Positions 58,785 to 64,000 of a stretch of DNA of 64,000 nt are shown piece after piece. The DNA is taken from positions 124,001 through 188,000 of the IMG/VR virus record IMGVR_UViG_3300024350_000252; one strand, written 5' to 3'. Every line of letters starts with the position of its first letter. Position 1 is the stretch's first letter. The translations under genes were made by a program, and so were the position numbers. The notes beneath the pieces are model-generated. The model did no database searches, was not told the DNA's origin, and was given only the letters and a program-made list of their open reading frames with translations.

Positions 58785-59768
58785 ATGGCACAATCGCTTA
58801 ATAGCTTAGTAAGATTAAAAACTCCAGATAGGAATGAAGATAACCTTGAATTAGGCCAGATCTTTGTGTTCAGTCCTGGCACCATGTATACCAACTTCTG
58901 TTATAACGGTGGTTCTGGTTTCTGTTGGAAAGCTCCAGGAACAGGTACAGCAGTTATCGAAATGTGGGGAGCTGGTGGTAGCGGTGCTAAGATGTGCTGC
59001 TGCGGCGGCGGAACTCCAGGAAATGCAGGTGCTTATGTAAGAAAAACTATTTCGGTTAACTCTAGCACATATGTTTGCGGTTGTACCGGATTTTCCTGTG
59101 GTAACTCAGACTCATTATGCTATAGAGGTTGCTCAGATCCTTCGGGATTAAACTGGGTGAATGGTACTGGTGCGATAGGAGCTACCAGTGGCTGCTTATG
59201 TGCCCAAGGTGGTAACGGTGGCCTTAGCTGGTGTTCTACAGGTACTTCTATGTATTGTTGTATGGGGGCTAGCGGATGGTGTACCACTTATCTAGGTACA
59301 GGTTGCGGTGTGGTCTGTAATTACTGTAATGGTATGTGGATTGCCTGCGGGTTTGGTGGAGACATTAACTGCTGCGGTCGATTCAGCTGTATTACCTATT
59401 ATGGTTGTCTACCTAGCTGTATTTGTTTGTTCCAATATCATATTGCTGTACCGGCTAATTTCTTCTCATGCGGTTGCGGTAGTATGGCTAATTTCACAAC
59501 AGAAAATGATAATAGGCATTCTAACTGGTCAGGCCAAGGTGTTAACCAACAGATGAACGCATTAGGAGCATTGAGTAGATCGCCGAGACAAGGTATTCCG
59601 CAAAGCTACTGCTGGCGTTCAGATCGTAAGTGTGGATGTTATAATATGCAGGGCTGTATGAACTATAACCCACCTGGTGTGGGCGGTGTCGGACCAGCTC
59701 CGTGCCCAGACGTCCGCGATCACGCTATGCGTGGTGGAATGGGCGCAGTGCGTATTAGATTCTTTTGA
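58785..59768 (+). CDS. Cys/Gly-rich protein 3 (paralogue)
   Basis: 327 aa, collinear with proteins 1 and 2. Confidence 0.8.
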   Translation: MAQSLNSLVRLKTPDRNEDNLELGQIFVFSPGTMYTNFCYNGGSGFCWKAPGTGTAVIEMWGAGGSGAKMCCCGGGTPGNAGAYVRKTISVNSSTYVCGCTGFSCGNSDSLCYRGCSDPSGLNWVNGTGAIGATSGCLCAQGGNGGLSWCSTGTSMYCCMGASGWCTTYLGTGCGVVCNYCNGMWIACGFGGDINCCGRFSCITYYGCLPSCICLFQYHIAVPANFFSCGCGSMANFTTENDNRHSNWSGQGVNQQMNALGALSRSPRQGIPQSYCWRSDRKCGCYNMQGCMNYNPPGVGGVGPAPCPDVRDHAMRGGMGAVRIRFF

Positions 59769-59789
59769 TAAATAGTTTAGAGGATAAAA

Positions 59790-60440
59790 ATGAGAAAGTT
59801 ATTTCAAATTACATTGCCCGACGAACCATACAAAACAGCCACTACTAAAAATCAAAAAGTAGACTGTATGTATGTGGGCCCACGATATATGGTACTTTGT
59901 ATCGATAATACTACTGATTTAGTAAAATATGTAGGTAGACGTGCTGACACGATCGAAGAAGCAGAATTAGATAATCACGTAGAAGATGATCATTATCATG
60001 TTTTGCTAGATGCTTCTGTGAATACATTTGAAGCAGCATATCTTACAGGACAGTACGAACACGGTGAGATAGAGAATTATACCGAAACGTTACCTACAAA
60101 AAACGCAGCAGGTGAGTTCGAAACTTATACATATCACTATGATGATTACAGAGGTATTATAGGACAGATTTATTGGAATCAGGTTCTTTATTACAATCCT
60201 TCAAATAAAACTTTCAAAGAACCCGCAAGAAGAGAACATGCTACTGACTGGGATCAAGTAGTAAAAACTACTAAAGATGGGGCTGCTGAAATACGTAAAA
60301 TGTTAGAAGCTAATGATTATTTTCCAGCTCAATTAGCAGTTATCAATGAATATCTAGATTGGGTTGATACTTTTGAAGAAAAGTATGCTGATGTAGATCA
60401 TTGGAAAGTTCCATTTCCACCATATCCAAACATGGCTTAA
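59790..60440 (+). CDS. Putative fibre-assembly chaperone
   Basis: 216 aa, acidic, ends WKVPFPPYP like tail-fibre assembly proteins; follows the Cys-rich trio; own ATAAATA. Confidence 0.45.
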   Translation: MRKLFQITLPDEPYKTATTKNQKVDCMYVGPRYMVLCIDNTTDLVKYVGRRADTIEEAELDNHVEDDHYHVLLDASVNTFEAAYLTGQYEHGEIENYTETLPTKNAAGEFETYTYHYDDYRGIIGQIYWNQVLYYNPSNKTFKEPARREHATDWDQVVKTTKDGAAEIRKMLEANDYFPAQLAVINEYLDWVDTFEEKYADVDHWKVPFPPYPNMA

Positions 60441-60521
60441 TTTAGTCTGGACCAGATCTAGGTCGACTGTTACCGTATAGCTAATATATAGTAGCACTCG
60501 ACCTATATTCTTGGAGACTAA

Positions 60522-61478
60522 ATGGAACAGCAACAACCAACACAGCGATCAAAAGCCTTTTTCTTAAATGGCGGCGCTGGCAGAGTTCTATGCTCTATCC
60601 CGGCATTAGAAAAATACGAAGAAGAATCAGGGGATAAAGATTTCATCATAGTGTGCGAAGGTGGTACGGAAGTGTTCAAAGGACATCCTACACTAGACAG
60701 CAGAACATATGACAATTGGCACAAGAATCTTTTTGTAGAAAAAATCAAAGATCGCGATTGTGTAACACCCGAGCCTTATAGAGTTTGGGAATATTACAAT
60801 CAAAAATGCGATCTAGCACAGGCATTTGATATCGAAATCAATAGAAAAGGCATTAGAGAATTACCTAAACCTAATCTAAGATTGAGCAAAGACGAATTGT
60901 TAGTAGGTAGACAGCTAATCGCCGACGTCAAGAAAAAAATCAAGAAAGAAAAAATCATAGTTTTCCAACCATTTGGCCGAGGCATAGACTATGTCGATGG
61001 TTCTTTTGTAGATCGTACTAACAGAAGCTTTGAATTTAAAGATGTAAAATCAATCATACGAAAACTTCAAGAAGCCAATTACGGTGTCGTAATGATGGGA
61101 GAAATGCGGCTCGATCTTACCAGCGAAAAACTAAAAGATGATGTAGCAGCACCAGAAAACACTACCATAAGACAGTGGGCAGCTATCATCAAATACGCAG
61201 ATCATTTCTTGGGCTGTGACAGTGTGGGTCAACACCTAGCCTATATCGTAGGCAAACAATCTACTGTAGTATTCGGATCTACATATCCAGTTAACGTGTC
61301 TTACCCTAATTGTAAGTACATGAATCTTCTAGATATGGCTGAAGAAATAAGAGAATATAGTCCTATCAGGATTACACTAGACGAACGTATTGATAGAAAA
61401 CTAGAAGGAGTTATGTCCATGACTCCGGAAATTGTTGATTATGTAGTGAATGCTGTTTTAGGGAAGAAACAAAAATGA
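60522..61478 (+). CDS. Glycosyltransferase, GT-B/GT9 (heptosyltransferase)-like
   Basis: GGAGRVLCSIPAL (GG.GD-like), IVFQPFG, AAIIKYADHFLGCDSVGQHLA...STVVFGST. Confidence 0.75.
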   Translation: MEQQQPTQRSKAFFLNGGAGRVLCSIPALEKYEEESGDKDFIIVCEGGTEVFKGHPTLDSRTYDNWHKNLFVEKIKDRDCVTPEPYRVWEYYNQKCDLAQAFDIEINRKGIRELPKPNLRLSKDELLVGRQLIADVKKKIKKEKIIVFQPFGRGIDYVDGSFVDRTNRSFEFKDVKSIIRKLQEANYGVVMMGEMRLDLTSEKLKDDVAAPENTTIRQWAAIIKYADHFLGCDSVGQHLAYIVGKQSTVVFGSTYPVNVSYPNCKYMNLLDMAEEIREYSPIRITLDERIDRKLEGVMSMTPEIVDYVVNAVLGKKQK

Positions 61479-63289
61479 GTGAAAGCAAGAATCCAATGTT
61501 AAACACTGGCTGGATCGCAGCCATAGCTAGAGGTCATAATTCAGGTATCTGTCTATTCAAAGACGGAGAGATCGTTTTTTCTGCTGAAGAAGAAAGATTT
61601 ACCAGACAGAAATACGACGGCGGTCCGTATGCTTCGATGATGAAAATCAAAGAATACACAGACAAAATCGATTATCTAGTAGTAGCACACACACAAAAAT
61701 TAAATGAAACTGCGGGTCGTGTTGACTATTCTGGTGATGATGTATACACAGGATTAGCTCGTAAGATGAATCTTATTGATCGAAAAGCTGATTTACATAA
61801 TCATCCTCAAGTAATTGACCTTAGTTTTATGCATCATAAGCTACACGCTGCTTGTGCGTTTTATCGTTCGGGATTTGATGATGCTGTAGCATTGATTGTA
61901 GATGGTGCCGGTACTTTCATCCAGATGTCTTATGCTAACCAACCTATATGGGTATGGGAAGTAGAAAGTATCGTAGACTGTTCATATCCATCAAAGTTCA
62001 AAACTTTGTACAAGCATTATGGTACTAGAGAGCCTATTGCTGGTGCTATCGAAACTAGCATTCCGTCTGATCAGTACGGTGAAGTAAATGATTTTCATGC
62101 TGCCGTATTATCAGACAGAGCAGGTATCGTTAAGACTTACGAAGCAGTCACAGAATATTGTGGGTTCAGTGCTATCGAAGCAGGCAAGACTATGGGATTG
62201 TTCCCATACGGACAGAAAAACGATAAGATTCCTCCATTGTTTGATTTTACATCTAAGGTACCCTTATCAAACAGAAATGTTATAGTTCCAGCATATCCTT
62301 CGTCTGCTAGAGTCAACGCACAACTATTTGATTATTTGGACGAAGAAATTCCAGAAGGAGTAGATCCTACTAAATTACAAAGTCGTAGAGATTTGGCTTA
62401 TGCTTGTCAAACACAGACTCAAGACCAAGTAGTGAGATTGATACGAAAAGCTGTAGAAATTAGCGGCAAGAAGAAAGTAGTGATCAGCGGTGGCTATGGT
62501 CTTAACTGTGTGGCCAATTATCATTATCTAGAAGCATTGAAAGACGGGGGTATCGAAATTTATGTAGAACCTATCTCTAACGATGCCGGAACAGCTATGG
62601 GAGCAGGACTGATGTTTTGGCATGCCATGACTGACAACACAGACATACAGAAACTAGATACCCTTTACCTCGGACCTAAGTACGAATATACACAGGAAGA
62701 AATTGCGGAAAAGGTCAAGTACGCAGGTGGCGAGTTGACAGACGCTACCAATGAACAAGTAGTAGAACTGCTACGTTCTAAGAATATCGTGACGATCTTC
62801 CAAGGTAGATCAGAAAACGGTCCGAGGGCCCTAGGCAATAGAAGTGTTTTATTTGATCCTACATTTCCAGATGGAAAGGATTTTGTAAACACTGTCAAAC
62901 GTCGAGAATATTTCCGTCCTTTTGCGGGCAGCATTATACATGATGTTGTACATGATTGGTTTGATCTGCGCGGCATGGATGAAAGTCCTCACATGATGTA
63001 TGCTGTAAACTGTAAGCCCGGAATCGCAGAAAAGATACCCAGCATCATACACGTAGACGGTACCTGTAGAATACAGACTGTAAAACGTGAGCAAAATCCT
63101 CATTATTATGATTTGATCAAGGCTTTTTATACAGCTACAGGAATTCCTATCCTGTTTAATACCAGCTTTAATTTGGGCGGTGATCCGCTAGTAGAAACAC
63201 TAGATGATGCTATAGATACCTTGATACGCAGCGATATAGAGTATCTGTACCTGCCAGAATACGGCAAACTGATCAAAATAGCCAACTGA
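61475..63289 (+). CDS. O-carbamoyltransferase, CmcH/NodU/TobZ family
   Basis: GHNSG..EEERFTRQK, HHKLHA, VDGAG, GKTMGL..YG, SGGYGLNCVAN, NDAGTAMGA, SENGPRALGNRS, KRREYFRPFA, HVDGTCRIQTV, NTSFN. Confidence 0.95.
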   Translation: MSESKNPMLNTGWIAAIARGHNSGICLFKDGEIVFSAEEERFTRQKYDGGPYASMMKIKEYTDKIDYLVVAHTQKLNETAGRVDYSGDDVYTGLARKMNLIDRKADLHNHPQVIDLSFMHHKLHAACAFYRSGFDDAVALIVDGAGTFIQMSYANQPIWVWEVESIVDCSYPSKFKTLYKHYGTREPIAGAIETSIPSDQYGEVNDFHAAVLSDRAGIVKTYEAVTEYCGFSAIEAGKTMGLFPYGQKNDKIPPLFDFTSKVPLSNRNVIVPAYPSSARVNAQLFDYLDEEIPEGVDPTKLQSRRDLAYACQTQTQDQVVRLIRKAVEISGKKKVVISGGYGLNCVANYHYLEALKDGGIEIYVEPISNDAGTAMGAGLMFWHAMTDNTDIQKLDTLYLGPKYEYTQEEIAEKVKYAGGELTDATNEQVVELLRSKNIVTIFQGRSENGPRALGNRSVLFDPTFPDGKDFVNTVKRREYFRPFAGSIIHDVVHDWFDLRGMDESPHMMYAVNCKPGIAEKIPSIIHVDGTCRIQTVKREQNPHYYDLIKAFYTATGIPILFNTSFNLGGDPLVETLDDAIDTLIRSDIEYLYLPEYGKLIKIAN

Positions 63290-63314
63290 AAAAAGCCCCG
63301 CAAGGGGCTTTTTT
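63289..63314. terminator. Bidirectional intrinsic terminator
   Basis: AAAAAAGCCCC-GCAA-GGGGCTTTTTT directly after the carbamoyltransferase stop codon. Confidence 0.9.
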
Positions 63315-63358
63315 ATTATGTCCGAAATCAGTTAAATACATAATACAAGAGAGTGACC

Positions 63359-64000
63359 ATGACTGATTTCAACAAGTTTTTTAACATAGACGTAAAGAAC
63401 ACATTAGGGTTAAAAAACGGGGTGAACTTTAACTATAAAGGGCCCTGGGTACAGGTCTATGAAAATACAGAACTAGATCGTTGGTATGTTGGTGATTTTG
63501 CCAGCGCCAATTATCATATTTCTATCGAATTCAACTCTAACAAAAAAGAAACATTATCAGTTTTAGTAGTTGCCCGCCCAGGGTATGCCAACTATACAGT
63601 TTACGGGCGTGTGGCTATCGACGATGAATTAGTTGATATATCTGCGGTGGTTAATAATAACCATCTATCTTTGATATTGAATCCAAAAGTAGCAGCATAC
63701 AAAGGTATGCGAGCAATATTTACAGCCACATATGCTGGTACGTTGACCGCACTATCTATACCTGCTACCCCGACATTTTTAGTCCCAGATACTAGTCCAA
63801 ATTCAGGCAGCGGAACTCCTGGTACCGGCAGTTCGGCTATAGATCTAACCAGCATCACTACAGATGTAGTACCTTTAGATACCGGAGTTAAAGACCTAGG
63901 CAAAACAGGAAAACGCTGGAGAGATCTTTTCATCAGCGGAAATTTAAACATCAATGGCGCTATCATTGGTGCTTCTAACAATGCTGTCGATTTACCAACA
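63359..64000 (+). CDS. Virion structural protein (runs off the window)
   Basis: Not in the ORF track (no stop). ATG 63359: MTDFNKFFNIDVKNTLGLKNG...DVVPLDTGVKDLGKTGKRWRDLFISGNL; the DLG...RW motif also occurs in fibres A and B; TAAATA at 63333. Confidence 0.8.
   Translation, partial: MTDFNKFFNIDVKNTLGLKNGVNFNYKGPWVQVYENTELDRWYVGDFASANYHISIEFNSNKKETLSVLVVARPGYANYTVYGRVAIDDELVDISAVVNNNHLSLILNPKVAAYKGMRAIFTATYAGTLTALSIPATPTFLVPDTSPNSGSGTPGTGSSAIDLTSITTDVVPLDTGVKDLGKTGKRWRDLFISGNLNINGAIIGASNNAVDLPT

Noticed and set aside
1-64000. Stop-codon reassignment, selenocysteine, diversity-generating retroelement, tRNAs, integrase
   Set aside because: Core genes are intact in the standard bacterial code; no in-frame TGA in the Cys-rich genes; no reverse transcriptase or TR/VR pair with A-specific mismatches; no cloverleaf or recombinase recognised.

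Overview
Structural and late region of a large T4-like (myovirus-type) bacteriophage, probably from an uncultured aquatic lineage (inference). Left to right: a minus-strand baseplate block (gp6 truncated by the window edge, gp25, gp5 spike, hub, gp53-like, gp48/54-like); late sigma factor gp55 and the gp47/gp46 recombination nuclease; a small GIY-YIG endonuclease followed immediately by a ~460-nt highly structured non-coding region; a gp26-like chaperone gene ending in a textbook -1 frameshift cassette; two paralogous tape-measure-like genes with peptidoglycan-hydrolase-type C-terminal domains; the head block (gp20, gp21, gp22, gp23); ~30 kb of giant repetitive fibre and appendage genes in paralogous pairs; three tandem ~10%-cysteine paralogues; a GT9-like glycosyltransferase; and a NodU/CmcH-type carbamoyltransferase. 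TAAATA late-promoter motifs precede most structural genes. No tRNA, rRNA, CRISPR array, integrase or transposase was seen. The best leads are the nuclease-linked large structured RNA (11711-12175), the slippery heptamer plus hairpin frameshift (13464-13700) and the Cys-rich trio with its modification enzymes (56819-63289). All product calls come from motif recognition by eye; no database searches were run.
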